In this document: positions 38,451 to 52,554 of the stretch, piece after piece
Layout: each line of letters starts with the position of its first letter
Position numbering within the stretch: position 1 is the first letter of the stretch
Source: Takakia lepidozioides
Taxonomy: Eukaryota; Plantae; Bryophyta
Direction: 5' to 3'
NCBI GenBank assembly: GCA_030704615.1
Contig: CM060734.1
Coordinates: 17,980,001-18,044,000, forward strand
DNA length: 64,000 bases
The notes under the pieces: generated by a model
The model's input: the letters and a program-made list of their open reading frames with translations, nothing else
What the model was told of the DNA's origin: nothing
Databases searched by the model: none
Program-made: the position numbers and the translations under genes

Positions 38451-40319
38451 ATAGATGCATATATAGGTACATTTTTATTTTCGAATCGTTTTTTTATTTT
38501 TAGCCAAGCAGTTTTTGCATTGTACTGCCAAAACAGGATAATTTGTTAATTATTTGGGAATCGCTGGTAAAGCACTTAGGAATTTAATCAGAGTCTGAGA
38601 TAGTCATAGAGAAGAACTCTAGCGTCAAAATGACCATAGGAAGCTGCATCGATAGCATGTTAGGCTGCCAATTCGATACCAATAGCAGCAAGTTGGATCT
38701 GTCCAAACATACGAGGCAACTGTTTGATTATACTTTGCATACTCTGCATTTTGCAGAAAGCTTATTGGATGTGAACGTCACATTCTTTGGCTCTGCCCTT
38801 GCAAAAGTGCAAAATGGAACATGAACAACGTTGAATTGAATTGAAAATCCAAAATAGGACAATGTTCACAAACTCTCCATTGGATTGTTTTACAATTCAA
38901 AAAAATTCCAATTGTTTGTGTATGTTCATGAACAATACTCACTAGAACTATATCCTAAATCAGAGGCAGTATCTATATCGGTACAAGCCGACCCAACAGC
39001 AGATGCAAAAACATCTAGGAACTCCATTCGACCACATCCTCCAGCGCCGAGATGTTTCGGTCCCCTTGCTGCTTGGCAGAGGACAGGATGACATTCCCTT
39101 GCACCAAGTTTCCCGCCCCCTCCCTTTGCTACTTCACTGGGGACTAGTTCTTTGCCTTTTTCTTCTTCTTCAAATGTCCCCCCCTCCGGATGTCCACCGG
39201 GACCTAGTTTGGGCGATTTCTTATGTGGGTTGTCATGCTTTGCTCACCCTGAACCTCCCATGCTGCCTCTTGCAGGCTGTGAACCACCAAAAGACCCCGC
39301 AACAATACCTATTTGAGCGTAAGCTTCTTACAGGGCTTGTCGTCCACCTACGAAATGAATGGTTCCACTAGGGAATCTACCTATTGAGGGCTGCCTTGGA
39401 GAACCGACCTATGGAGGGTGGTGTCTGCCGCGAAGGACAAAAAACTTCAGTGCGACTGGAGGGTGATGTTCCGGCAAGCACTACCACCTCTTCACGGTCT
39501 TCTGCACTATGTCATCCCGGGAGGGCTTGCCCATCAAACCCATAAAGAATGAGGAGACAAAGGAAGGGCTTGAACATGGCAGTTCGAAGCCATCTCTTGA
39601 ATTCTATCCAGACAATACTTATAGCACAAAATGGAGGAAGAAGGTTGAAGCCGTAGCGGGCTTCAACCGTGGGGAGACTTCATTCTGCAGTGCGGTCATA
39701 ATTTGTTTGGTGCCATTGTGTGTTCTCATTGATCAGTTTTGGATTACTTGTGCGACTATTGATATGGCCCTCTGTTTGGGATCATTTCACTAAAGGCTAT
39801 GTTGGCTGGGATAGAGTTTGTATGAGCTGAGTTGTATGCCTGCTACAATGTTATTCTGCATTTCAAAGTACCGTTATTCTTGGTCAGCCATATACATGTT
39901 TCTAAATGAGAGAATCTCTATGTTGATTTTGACAGTGTCATTCAGTAAGATTTAGTCAATCTCTTTTTCGGTATCATTTTCACATTGTTGTTAATTCTCA
40001 AAGCAGACATCAAATTGTCTCGTTCACTCTCGCTTTGTATACACACTATCTCCATGTTCTCTTTTGGCCTTGCAGTTCTCTTCCACATTGCCGATGATTT
40101 CGCAAATGTATGAAAAATAATTTGGCATATAATCTCCTGGAAAGTTGTGTATTTCCGTGGAATTGGGTCAAAATACATAGAATTACATATGATTCTACAA
40201 TAATAGGGCCTGTACCTTCCACGCGGAAACGTGAGCCTGGCGAGGCTCCCGGGCTCACAAGCTCACGGGGCCAGGCTCACGTTCTAGAATCCCTGTCAGA
40301 GTTTGCTGCTGATCTTCCC

Positions 40320-41465
40320 CAACAAAAGAGATGAACCCTCAACCAGCTCCTAACATGGCAACTCATATCTGGCTCGCAGCTAACAACTTTATTTGGGTCT
40401 CATGGAGGCCACTGACGGGCCTCCACTTTGACCCGAAGGAGTGGTCTTGGGCTTTCTCCCTATCTCCCGATCTTTTTTCTTGTACACCACAAAGAAGGCA
40501 TACAAGGTGCTCAACAATGCTCAGCCAATGCACACCAAACGGAAATGGCAAATGGGAGCAGTATGGATTTCAAAACGGAAAATGGAATATAATCTATGTA
40601 TCTGTCTGGTTGAAAACTCGCCCAGCAAAAATCTTTGCATTCCTCTGGCAAATTGTCAATAGAGTTCTAAAAGTGGGAGAGTGGTTGGAATTTCAGAAAG
40701 CTTTTCTAGAATTTGTAGAGCACTGTCTGATACACTGCCTGGCCGCAGCCAAGATATGGCCACTTATCAAATCCCTTTACCGACACTGGAATGCACGAAA
40801 CCTCTCCACCATTGGCATTCTCCTCAACTATGATCAAGTCCCTGACTTGTCCAGTATTTGAAACTATCAGAAGCTTGGCCTTGTGGCATCTTTGGAAAGC
40901 CATATGCACTAGGATTTTTTTTGGTGATACCTATTCCACCTCCACTCTGTTGTCCCTCGTTTACCATGACGTACAAATTCAATCTAGGAAAGCGTGGGTT
41001 AAAATGGGTGCACACATCCAGAGAGCTCTGCGCAATGCAAATTTGATATCTGGAACAAGCAGCCACCTAATTGATGGAGAAACCTCCGTGCTACCATCCA
41101 TCGCTTCTCCTAAGTTCGAACGTGATATCAATTGGCGACACGTCAAGTCCACTAGTGCCTCCCGACTTCACTTCGTTGATTATATTGCTTTATCCTGCTG
41201 CTTCATCATGACTCTTAATTCCAAAGTTCTATTCTAGTCGACAACTCCTTAGCTTGGGTTCTCCATTGTGGCTTCTTGGGCTCCTGGCCTCGTGTTCTTT
41301 TCTCTGTCTCTCGGGATTATGATCGTCCTATCACTGACTCTGATGTGTGTGCCTCATGGTGTACTTGGGGGTCTTAATTTTTTCTCCTTACATAATTCCA
41401 AATAAAGTTCCTTCAGGGCCTCTGTCCCATGTTATCTTTATTTAAAAGAAAAAGAAAAAGAAAAC
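40320..41465 (+). mobile_element. 5'-truncated L1-type LINE 3' end (zf-RVT region) with A-rich tail
   Basis: KIFAFLWQIVNRVL...VEHCLIHCLAAAKIW and LALWHLWKA...RIF. Tail aaaagaaaaagaaaaagaaaa at ~41444-41464. Confidence 0.72.
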
Positions 41466-42523
41466 CAGGTCCAGCCAATGTCTACTTTCTCTATCTTTTC
41501 TACTTTCTCTAAATAGGTGTGTCAGTTGAATTGAAACCAAATCATGAATGTATCCAAGTGCTATGGCCTTGGTTGTACTTGGGTTTGCGCCTTTGTGCGA
41601 TCAGCCCCAGACAAATTTCAAGGCAGGTTGCGCCCAATGTCCAACACCGGTGGGCAAATTTTTACTAGTTTCTCACACTTTTGAGATATGATGGCCGGTT
41701 GGGTCTGGTAGAGATCTAGGGGTGATCTCAAAACCCGCACAACACCTAACTTCATGGCTTAGAAAAGACCCTCTCCGACAAAAATTGAATTCATGGATGA
41801 CAAAATCACGAGTCTTCAAAATAGTTTGTGCTATCGGATCTGTCCATGTGGAGCAAAGCTCTCTAGATTGGTTAAATCTCATCTCATCCAAATGAGATAC
41901 TCTTTTCCAAAGGTGGGTATGGGAGAGAATGGACAAGCTTCTTGTTGCTGTATAAATGGAGCAGGCACCAGATTGAAAAGGCCTCTCATTTTAAGATAAT
42001 AGGGTCTTCAATGGGCACGTGCGATGTGGCCGGTGGGCCCCGCGCACGGACGCCCGGCTCCCCAGCACCCCGCCCGCCCCGCCCGCCGCTGCGCGCGGTC
42101 GCCCAGCCGCGGGCGCGGCTGCAGCAACCGCGTCCGTGCCCCCGTCTGCCGCGCGGCAAGTCCCCTGCCCATGAGTCCGCTGCCCTCTAGTCTGCCAGTC
42201 CGGTGCTGGCCAGTCGGCTACCCAACAGTCTGCCAGTCCGCCAGTCCGGTGCTGGCCAGTCCGGTGCCCAGCAGTCTGCCAGTCTGCCCGTCAGTCCCCT
42301 GCCATCCAGTCCGCTGACGACGTAGGATCGCCACCGTCCATTCCCATAACCCATCCGATCCCTCCATTTTTAGGGCTGCAATTCAAACCTGCATCCCTGC
42401 CGCTTGCCACTTGCCAGCAGCCGCGAACGTGCGCACTGTTCTCCTGGCACGTTGTCGATCGTGTCTTATAGTGCGGCGCGTTTCTTGCATGTTCAAAAGC
42501 GTGTCCTTTGTACTGTATAGGGC

Positions 42524-45500
42524 ATGGACGTGGAAGAAAAACCCGATGCTATACTGATCACGGAAAGCCCGCTTATACGGCCTCTTCGACAATGTTTGCA
42601 AACAGCAAAACCAGGACCCTTCAACAGGAAGGATCTCCATTGGAAGAGTGAGACGCAATATGGGTTTATGGGTGTGCGAGTGAATGTTGAAGAGGCCTGC
42701 ATACCTTGGGATAGAGTTGGTGACTTCGTCCTGGGAGAGGAGAGTTTGGAAGACTACCCCACTCAGTTTTGGGTGAATGTCCATTCTAAAGTAGAACCCG
42801 GCTCGCGAACAGCACCCAGAGCCAACACATTTCTGTCCAGTATTATGTGTGCACCATCCTCAGTCCTTTTGACGTTTCATTGCATGTCTGTTGCCATTTT
42901 TTGTTTCACGAGTTCTCTGATTTTATGCTTACTCAAGTCGTTGGATATCGATTTTAGAATTTTCTGTCCAGGTATCAATGCTGCTATGGTCCTGATGACA
43001 AGCGCACCAACAAGGCAATAGTGGAGGATCCAAAACAGAAGTGTGGAGGACCTCTTGTGGGTGCTGGAACATCTTGCCCTCATAAAGGCCCAAGGAGAAA
43101 GAAGTCAGAGTATGGAGAGTCTTACAAACGTTGTTGCCAATGCTGTTTCAAGGTCCAGCAATGCTATCTCGCCCCTGACATCTGTGTCCTCACGTACTAC
43201 AACAACATGGAGCATACAGATGCGTAAGGGAAACCCTCGCATGGGAGGTCCGCAGAGTTCAGGAACACCCGCCACGCCTATGCACCACACATTAGCGAGG
43301 AATTGAAAGCCTGGGTCGTCGAGTGTTTGTGCCGAGGCCTGTCGGTCACCCAAATCATGATGGAGCATAAAGAGCACGTGATGAACAACACCGGCTTGGG
43401 CGATGCATGGACCCGCGATGATTTCTTGTTGGAGCAAGATGTTCGCAACCTTGCCGAGAAACATGCGTGGCAAACCTTCAAAAAGCACGCCGATGATACA
43501 GAGAGTGTGCGCATGTGGAGAGACCAGAATCCTGCGTCCGTTTTTTCCTATCAAGAGGAGAAATTAGAGCCAACATTCGAGCATTTTGATGGAGATTTGA
43601 CATTCACTATTGGCATACAGACTCCGTGGCAGAAACGACGAATGCTGGAACTAGGACATGACCGTATCGTTGCATGTGATGCAACCTTTGGGACAAATCA
43701 TGACAAGGTACTATTCGAACGATTCCATGGACTTGTACGAGCATGATAGCATAGTACCATGCAACATTCACATAATATTTGGTGTGCTGACCCTTTTTGT
43801 ATGTTTAGGGTTGTGTACGTTGCGGAAGACCGAGAGGCAGACCCATTGTGAACCGCTACAGACCTCATCACTCTTATGAAGTCTTCTCGTGCAGAACTGA
43901 GCGGAATTTGCATGCTCTGACCATCTTACATTGTGCATTCCAACAGTTCCCATTGTACACGTTGATGGTCTTCGACGAGTGGTTGAACGGTATACTAGTT
44001 GCCTATATCCTATCCGCGAGGAATTGGACAAGAGACCTGGTTCCGTGGATGAGAGCCTTGTGCGATTCGCTCCTCGCAGATTTGCCGAGCTGGCGACCCA
44101 ATGCCTTCATTGTGGACGATGCCAAAGCAGAAATCAACGCTATTCGGTAAGTCTGTTGGTCCACAGCACCGGTCCATTGTCGAGGTCCACTGCAGCAGTC
44201 CATTGCTACAGTCCACTGGCAGACTCCTGTGGCGAAACCCGATGGCAGTTTGCTGGGCAAATCCACTGGTAGTCCGCTGTCAAGTCCGGTCATCAGTCCC
44301 CTGGCAAGTCCGCTGGCAGTCCTCGGCAAGTCCGCTCGACAGTCCGCTGCCAAGTCCACTCAGCAGTTCCTGGGGTCGGCCGTCCGCTGCCAAGTCCACT
44401 TGGCAGTCCCTGGCAAGTCCGCTGTGGCAGTCCGCTGCCCCAGTCCTAGCTAGGGGAAGTCCAATGGGGAAGTCCACTGGGTAGTCCAATGGGGTTATTC
44501 CAGCACATCAACGTCATGGCATTGTACTGTCCACTGGGCGAGTCCAGTGGCTCTGCCCGCTGATACAGGTCGCTGTTACAGTCCACTCCGGCAGTCCACC
44601 ATTGCAGTCCGATCCCAAGACTCTAATGTGTACCATGTGTGTTGTGCAGAATTGTTTTTGAAGGAGTACTCATTTTCCTCTGCCTTTGGCATGTCCGCAA
44701 GGCATGGGTGAAGCAATCATGCAAGAAAACGAAGGATCCGGTGACCGCTGTAAACTTGTTGAAGGATATGGGAGACCTCATGTACTGTAGAGGGGGACCA
44801 CGCAACGAGAAAAGAGCGCTTCGGTGGGTTGCAAGGAGAATCCGTCGTATGAGGTCAAAATACCCGAAAGGACATGAATTTCTTGACTATATCGAACAGT
44901 ACTGGAAGCCCAAAATAGCAATGTGGTGTACAGCAGCCCGCCATGTCCCTCATGCGAGCCAAGACACAAACGCAAGCATTGAGGCATACCATGGAAATCT
45001 GAAGGCAAGACTTGCAATGGGGAAAGACAAGATGAGTGGTCGTAGAGTGGACTGGCTTATATGGGAACTCACTGGCCGTGTGCTAATACACTACTGGTAC
45101 GCAATCCATTTGAAGACCCACGGGTTCATAAGAAATGACAAACACGAAAAATACATATCCAGTTCTATACTTGCGGCACGAGACATTCCTGCTGAGAGTG
45201 TTACTCTTCCCTTGGGTCCTGGTGAACCAGCCTACGTTCTCAGCAGCAACCACCCCGACACAACATACATTGTTTACAATCCTGATTGCGATTGGGCTTG
45301 TTGCACGTGCCCATGGGCAATGAAGGGAAACTTATGCAAGCATCAGGTCCGTGTCCTGAAGATGCTTCACCCTGACCTGCAGGATGGCCTCCTTGTGCGC
45401 GCTTGTGGCACGGCGCTGGGAACCATTCATGGAGGATTACCTAACTTGCTCTTGGGCAATGGTGCCGGCGGCAATGACGAATCCAATCAGTTCATGGAAA

Positions 45501-45902
45501 GACATCCTCCAGACGACTTCCCCTACGACGAGGCACCCCTGGAGGTCTCAGCCTCATTGGAACAAGAATTCGCGGACATACTTTGCATTGTAGGTGATGA
45601 CAAATACCTGGAGGCACATGCCCGATCTGCTTCATATGTGCAGAGGGCAGCTCGTTGATATCCTGGCGAAAAGTGCGGCTGGAATGTTGCACCCTGCGGC
45701 AGCGAAGGCTTTCCGTCCTCTGAATGACAACAACAACATGTCTCTGAAAATGAGACGAGATTTCGTGGAGGCCTGGAAAACCCGGCCTAGGGTTTTGCGG
45801 AGAACCAGCAAGAGGGTGTCTGCACCTGCACCTGCAGCACATATATACTCAAAAATTCGCAAGGTTTCAGGTCGTGTAGATGTCACGAAGAAGACAATAT
45901 AA
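42524..45902 (+). pseudogene. MULE-type DDE transposase with SWIM finger, resembling the plant SWIM zinc-finger family (At1g60560/At4g13970 type); 4 exons
   Basis: Frame-preserving GT-AG introns at 42847-42971, 43708-43946 and 44147-44649. Motifs IPWDRVGDFVLGEE, YQCCYGPDD, CDATFGTN, FIVDD, CLWH, TNASIEAYH, RRVDWLI and CTCPWAMKGNLCKH. One TAA at 43225 and a frameshift near 45620. Confidence 0.9.
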
Positions 45903-46105
45903 GTCTGCAATGCCTCGAAAAGAGACAAGGTTTCACGTCGTGTAGGTGTCACGGAGAAGACAATACAATTCCTTGAAAAGAGACAAGGTTTCATGTCGTG
46001 TAGGTGTCACGAAGAAGACAATATTAGTCTGCAATTCCTCGAAAAGAGACAAGGTTTCATGTCGTGTAGGTGTCACAAAGAAGACAATATAAGTCTGCAA
46101 TTCTT
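45861..46105. repeat. Tandem repeat, 4 x ~66 bp, over the transposase 3' end
   Basis: The unit aaggtttca.gtcgtgtag.tgtcac starts at 45861, 45927, 45985 and 46051. Confidence 0.88.
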
Positions 46106-46305
46106 CTGGTAGCATTGTCCCTTTCTGAAATACAAGTCCGCAATGAACTAATGCACAGTCTCCCAACGGACTCCTCCAGTCTCCCAACTGACTCCCACAC
46201 AGTCTCCCAAGCATAGTCTCCCAACGGACTCACGCACAGTCTCCCAACAGAATCACAGTCAACAGACTGCGAGCGCCAGTAAGCTAGTCTGCTGGTCAGT
46301 CTGCT

Positions 46306-47034
46306 TGTCGCGGCCGTTTGCCTTGAGGGCAGGGGGGGTCGGGACATGTGAGGGGCTGCCCCTGTGGTGGGGGCAGCGGCAGCGATAGGATGGGGGGGCT
46401 GAAGCACCCTTGAGTGCCCAAGGCACTCAAGGAGGCGGAGGCGCTCACTAGGTGGAGCCCCGCATACCGGGTTGCGGTGGGGGTGGCTCCACAAGGGGTG
46501 GTGGTAGCTTAGCGGGACTTAGTGGGGGTGGCATAGGACTCACCATGGGGGCAGAGACCTCGTGGTGGGAGTCGTGGGGAGTCTTGGGACTCATCACGGT
46601 CCATAGGGGCTGTGATGAGTGGGCCAAGACTCACCGCGACTCATCACCGGGAGTCGAGGGTTTTCGTGGTGGTTCGCCATAAAATGGCATGGCTGGTTGT
46701 GAAACCCCCGCGGACAGCTACAGAAGTATATATAAGGGAGTAGTAACCCCGAGAACGGTGCAAGCCCGTTGGTGACCAAAAACTAGTGAGTGAGCGAGCG
46801 AGCCGGAAAGCGACCAAAGAGTGGGGAGCTGTTCCGGACTGCCATCTACCAAAGGGAATTCCACTAGGCCCAAATAGGTGGAGGGTTTAGTGGGGGAGCG
46901 AAGGGGGACCGTTATGTCCCGGTGAGCAGCCGAAGCTCCAAGTTGGCCCGGCGGCCAGGTTGGGAGTCAGGCGCGCGCATCAAAGCGAGTAACTATGACT
47001 TGAAGGGGAGTTTACCGAAGTGAGGTGCGCGACA
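46306..47034 (+). repeat. 5' LTR (729 bp), TATA-like tatatataag near 46728
   Basis: TG...CA ends, followed by the PBS. Confidence 0.96.
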
Positions 47035-47036
47035 CT

Positions 47037-47048
47037 TGGTATCAGAGC
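47037..47048 (+). promoter_or_regulatory. Primer binding site (tRNA-iMet)
   Basis: TGGTATCAGAGC. Confidence 0.93.
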
Positions 47049-47089
47049 TTAGAGTTCAGTACGCGATCGTCCTTGGGATTGGCCTCATC

Positions 47090-50000
47090 ATGGGGTCGGG
47101 CAAGCCAAAGCGAAAGCGGAACGGCCCAAAAGATGATGATCCTGGTGAGCCCGATGGGGGCGACGTGTCACCGAGGCGGCCGTTTGAGGAAGCGATGCAT
47201 GTTTCCGAAAACGAGGCCGCTCAAGAGCGGGAGGAATCCGAGGAGTCGAAGCCCGAGGAATCCTTGAGAGCTCCGACAAACCAAGAGATGCCTCCCATGC
47301 CGGCAGCCTTTTGGGAAGGGTTGTTGGCGCAGTTTGGCGGGACGTTGAAAGACGTGTTGAAGGCGGCTAATGCCACTTCCACTAAGGCAAAGTTTAAGGT
47401 GAAGCCTAAGGAACCCGGCACCTTCGAGGGCGTCCGAAATCGGAAGGCACTCAACACCTGGCTCCTGGAGCTAGAGCAGTACTTCCGGGCGACCAAGTTG
47501 AGTGACGAGGATCGGGTGGAAGTGGCTCCCACCTATTTGAGGGGCTATGCTCAACAATGGTGGCAGAAACGCCTTCACGACCGAGGTCCAAGTCCGGAAA
47601 CCTTGAACTGGAGTGGGTTCAAGGAATTGATGAAGAGACAGTTTGTGCCCCTCAATGCGTTCTGGCTTGCCCGGGACAAGATGAGGAATTTGAAGCAAAC
47701 AGATGACATTCGGGGATATGTCCAGGCTTTCAATGTGCTGTTGCTCGAAGTCGCGGATATGGCGGAACCAGAAATGGTCTTCAACTTTGTGGCAGGGTTG
47801 GCCCCATGGGCCAGGCGGAAGTTGGAGGAGAAGCCACCTAAGACTTTGAACGAGGCAATTGAGAGGGCTGAATGTTTCTCAGATGTCACTAGGGGTGAAA
47901 GACAAGGCCGTACGGAGTCGAACCACAAGAAGACCCGGCGGGAAGGTGACTCCTTCAGACCGGAAAAGAAGTGGGATAGGCCACGCGGCGACAACAGCAT
48001 GTGGAAATCGAAGGGAGGGCCATCACAAGTCAAGGCGGCACCCTGTGCTTCGAAAGGAAAAGCGGGTGGAGCGGCCTATGGCGGACAGAAGGCAACCTTT
48101 GATGGAGTGTGTTTCAATTGTGGGGAGCCCGGGCACATGGCCAAGAAGTGCACGAAGCCCCGGCAATTGAACATGACTCGGGCGACCACAGAACTGTCGG
48201 AAGATACCATCAGTCGCTTGGTGGAAGCGGTGGTCGCCAGGACTTGCAAGGTAGGCAAATATTCTTGTAAGTTGTATCAGGAAACTGGCGCATTGCGTAA
48301 AGGGAGTCACTTATTGTTCGTGGATGGGATAATATCCGGAACTAACGTGTCATTGTTGGTGGACACAGGAGCGTCGCACTCCTTCATGACACCGGCAACG
48401 GCACAAAAACTGGGACTCCCGACAACTGACGTAGGGGCCTCTATTGAGGTGCGTTCTGCCAAAGGAGAACCGCAATTGGCGACGAGGTTGGCGTTCGATG
48501 TTCCTCTTCAACTGGGGAGTTGGGAGGGACGTGAGAACTTCACCGTCTGCGAGATCGATGGAGTGGATCTCATTTTGGGGATGACCTTTTTGAGCAAATC
48601 CTGAGCGGTCATAGATGGCCGCAAGAGGGTAGTCACGCTGCCATGTTGGAATGGTGGCGAGGTCTTACGAGTTTCGGAAACACCCAAACCCGTGGGAGGG
48701 CGAATAAACCTTCTATCAGCAAGGGAGTGGGCCGTGGAGGAGGCACACGAGCCCCAGTTTTTGCTCTACATTAGAGAAGTGAAGGGAGAAGGCGATGGAG
48801 AGCCGAGCCCAGATTGGATCAAGGGGATTTTGGAGAAATACCATGATGTGATGCCGGAGGATTTGCCAAGCGGCTTGCCACCGCGAAGAGGAGTTGACCA
48901 CAAGATTGAGGTGATACCGGGATCGGAACCGCCTGCCAAGGCGCCCTACCGGTTGAGCCACAGAGAGTTGGTCGAGCTGAAGACTCAGCTCAAAGATCTA
49001 ATGTCAAAGGGGTACATCCGGCCGAGTAAGTCACCTTACGGAGCCCCGGTGCTATTTGCAGATAAAAAGGATGGGACGCTGCGGATGTGTGTCGACTACA
49101 GGGCTATGAATAAGGTGACTATCAAAAACCGGTACCCTTTGCCAAGGATCCACGACCTTTTCGATCGATTGGCAGGAGCGAAGTATTTCAGCCGGATCGA
49201 TCTGCGCTCCGACTATCATCAAATTCGAGTGGCGGAAGGAGATGAGGAGAAGACCGCGTGCAGGACAAGGTATGGTTCATATGAGTTCTTGGTGATGCCT
49301 TTTGGGCTCACCAATGCACCAGCGACATTTAGCACGCTGATGAACAACCTTTTTCAGGAGTGGTTGGATGACTTTGTGATCGTGTACATGGACGACATCT
49401 TGGTGTACTCGAAAACAAAGGAGGAGCACCTGGAGCACCTGAAAAGGGTGTTCCAAAAATTGCGAGAAGGGAAGCTGTATGCCAAAGTTTCAAAGTGTGA
49501 ATTCGGGGTCACAAAAGTGGAGTTCCTGGGGCATGTGATTACACAGGATGGGATCAAAATGGATGATAGAAAGGTGAGGGCGATCTTGGACTGGGAGCCT
49601 CCGACTTCGGTCTCGGGAGTGCGATCCTTCCTTGGACTCGCCTCCTATTACCGGAAGTATGTGAGAAATTTCGCCAAGATCGCGGGGCCGTTGTCAGACC
49701 TTCTGTGTAAATCTAAAGTCTGGGCATGGAACACCTTTTGTGGCCAAGCTTTTGCTGAATTGAAGCAGCGGATGGCGGAAGCTCCAGTCTTGAAAATCCC
49801 GGAGTTCGATCGTCCGTTCGAGATACATACAGATGCGTCGGACTTCGCGATTGGGGGTGTACTGATGCAAGATGGACGTCCAGTGGCTTACGAAAGTAAA
49901 AAACTGAATGAAGTGGAGCGACGGTGGCCGACGCACGAGAAAGAGATGAAGGCGGCGGTGCACTGCCTTGAGCTTTGGCGCCACTATGTTGGTTCCAACC

Positions 50001-51651
50001 CAGTGAAGGTGTTCACGGATAATGTCACGGTGAAGTATTTTCCCACGCAGCCCAAGTTGTCCCCAAAACAACTTAGGTGGCAAGATACTTTGGCGGTGTT
50101 CGACGTGGATATCCAGTACAAACCGGGGCGAGACAACGTGGTGGCCGATGCTTTAAGTAGAAAGCAGCAGCTCTTGTTGGTGTACAAGCGCGAGACGACG
50201 CTTCAAAGGAAGATCCGGAAGGCTTGTCGGAAGGATGAGCTGGCAAAGTCCGTGATGCAGGACTTGAGGATAGGGGTTAAATCGCATTTCCACTTGCAAA
50301 ATGGACTGCTCCGGTATAAGCAAAAGCGTCTCTACGTGCCGAAGGGAGGGATCAGAGATAGCCTCTTGAGAGAATGCCATGATAGCCCGCTTGCGGGCCA
50401 CGGCGGAGCCAAGCGCACTGCGGCACTCTTGAAGAAAGAGTATTTCTGGCCCAAACTGAGGGAGGAGGCAGAGGAGTATGTCAAGACATGCACCACATGC
50501 CAACAAAACCGGAGCGAGTACAAAAAGCAAGCGGGGCTGTTACAACCTTTGCCGATTCCAGAGGGGACTTGGGAAAGCGTTTCGATGGATTTCATGACTG
50601 CTATGCCGCTGTCAAAGGATTCGATGCAATCATGGTGGTGGTGGATAGGTTCAGTAAAATGGGCCATTTCATCCCCACCAAGGAAACGGCAACGGCGCAG
50701 GAGACAGGGCGACTTTACTTCGCCCACGTCTTAAAGCATCATGGAGTCCCGAAGGATATTGTCTCGGACCGCGATCCAAAGTTTACGAGTAAATTTTGGA
50801 GGGCACTTTGGAAGAAGATGGGGACGAGGCTGAAGATAAGCACCGCCTTCCGACCTACGACCGACGGCCAAACAGAAAGAGTGAATTCCGTAGTGAAGCA
50901 AATCTTGCGGAATTACGTGTCGGCAGACCAAACAGACTAGGTGGAACACTTAGACGCGACAGAGTTCTGTTATAATAACACAGAACACTCCGCAACGGGA
51001 GTTTCCCCTTTCGTATTGGTCTATGGAAAAGCACCTCTGGTGCCGACAAGTTGGGCCGCCCAGGACGTTGAGGAACCGGCAGTAGCGGCAGTACTGGAAG
51101 AACGCGAGTGTTTGTTGAAGCTCGCAAAGTACAACATTGCCAAAGCTAGGAAACGGTATGAAAGGCAGGCGAATCGGAAGCGGAGGGAAATGAAGTTTGA
51201 GGCAAGCACAGAGGTCTGGTTGAACATCAAGAATTTCTGACTACCTCCGGAAGTCAGTCCGAAGTTCGTACCTCCGTATGCGGGACCCTTTCGCATTCGG
51301 AAGGTCATGAATGAGGATGTGTATGAATTGGAGCTGCCGGCAAACAGCAAGGTGCACCCAGTATTCCATGTCTCCCTTTTGAAGCCTTACTTCAAAGATG
51401 AAGTGCGTCCGAATCGGCATCAAGTGTTGCGTCCGCCACCTATGTTGTTGGATCATGAAAATGAACCTGAGTACGAGGTGGAGGCAATACTTAAGTCGAG
51501 GAGGTTCAAGAACCGAGAAACGGAGTATCTCGTCAAATGGAAGGGCTATCATCAGGTGGAGGCATCTTGGGTGCGTGCCTCAGAAATGGGAAACGCATCC
51601 GAGGCGGTTGCAGTTTTCGAAGGGCGACCTCAAAAGCGGAAGAAGCATTGA
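47090..51651 (+). pseudogene. Single-frame gag-pol polyprotein with C-terminal chromodomain, disabled
   Basis: CCHC knuckle, [16 protein letters not shown], RNaseH DASD, integrase HHCC/SMDF/SDRD/TERVN, GPF and chromodomain EYEVEAILKSR...YLVKWKGY...SW. Stops at 48602, 50938 and 51238; frameshift near 50610. Confidence 0.95.
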
Positions 51652-52540
51652 TGGGGACATCAACCTTGGAGCGTGGGGGAGGAAATGCATGCTTAGCCCG
51701 GCTGAGCTAGCTTAGGAATCTGATTGCAAAAACTTGTATTGTACAAAACGTGCTATAAATGAAATGGCTTCCAAATGTTGTGCGTTCTATTTTGTTTGGA
51801 ATGGTGATGCATGGTATGGGTGGCTAGTGTGTAGAATGCATGCTAGCTTATAATAGTGGGAGAGGTAAATTGGGTTAACCGTGTGTTTGCGTAGTGCCGA
51901 AATCGGGTGACCCCCATCCAAGGGGCAAGGAAACTTGTGCCTTCTTTGGGAGTTCACGTGCTAGTGCGCACCTGGCGCGTGCGCGTACTATAACTGCGCT
52001 ACCGAGAGGGTTGCCTTGTAGTGCGGGCTAACGCGGAAGCTACGTGCTTCCGTTCACGTACTATAATCGTGTAGCCTCGGGACGAAGTCGTAGTGCGGCT
52101 TCGGCGTGTTCCCGTACCTCAGGCCAGCATTCCAAGGCGGACACAATTGTAGTGATTGGGGCGCACGGTTGGTTCAAGGTTATCTTCCTAGTCAAAGAGG
52201 GTTCCAGGTGAACCCTTGCTCAAGGTGATGCCAAAAGCGGCATCATGAGCGGTCGCAAGCAATGTTGTTGCAGTAAGGCGATTCGATCCTCGGGGAGGAT
52301 CGTTCCTTGGCCTTGAAGTAGGCCAAGAAGAGTGCACTGGGAGGCTTGACAGGCTCCACCCTTGACCGGGACTTGGAGGAAGTCGGCCGAACTAGCTAGT
52401 GGAGAGTAGAGTCAAGTGTGGGGTTTGGTTCTTTGCCATGGGACGCCATGGTACGGAAACAAACTCCTTGATGTGGGACGCCACAACTTGGATGTTCGTT
52501 TCTACAAAATGGACAAGTCGATGAGGACATCGACTCCCTG

Positions 52541-52554
52541 TTGGTAGGGGTGTG
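52541..52554 (+). promoter_or_regulatory. Polypurine tract
   Basis: ttggtaggggtgtg directly before the 3' LTR, conserved in the first copy (680-693, rc). Confidence 0.7.

Noticed and set aside
38990-39500. Possible LINE ORF1 fragment on the minus strand
   Set aside because: Only a vague Cys-containing stretch is visible, which is insufficient to call.
46605-46660. Hammerhead or retrozyme in the Gypsy LTR (tgatgagt...actcatca)
   Set aside because: It is a simple hairpin with no CUGAUGA/GAAA core in the required arrangement, and part of it is deleted in the 3' LTR.
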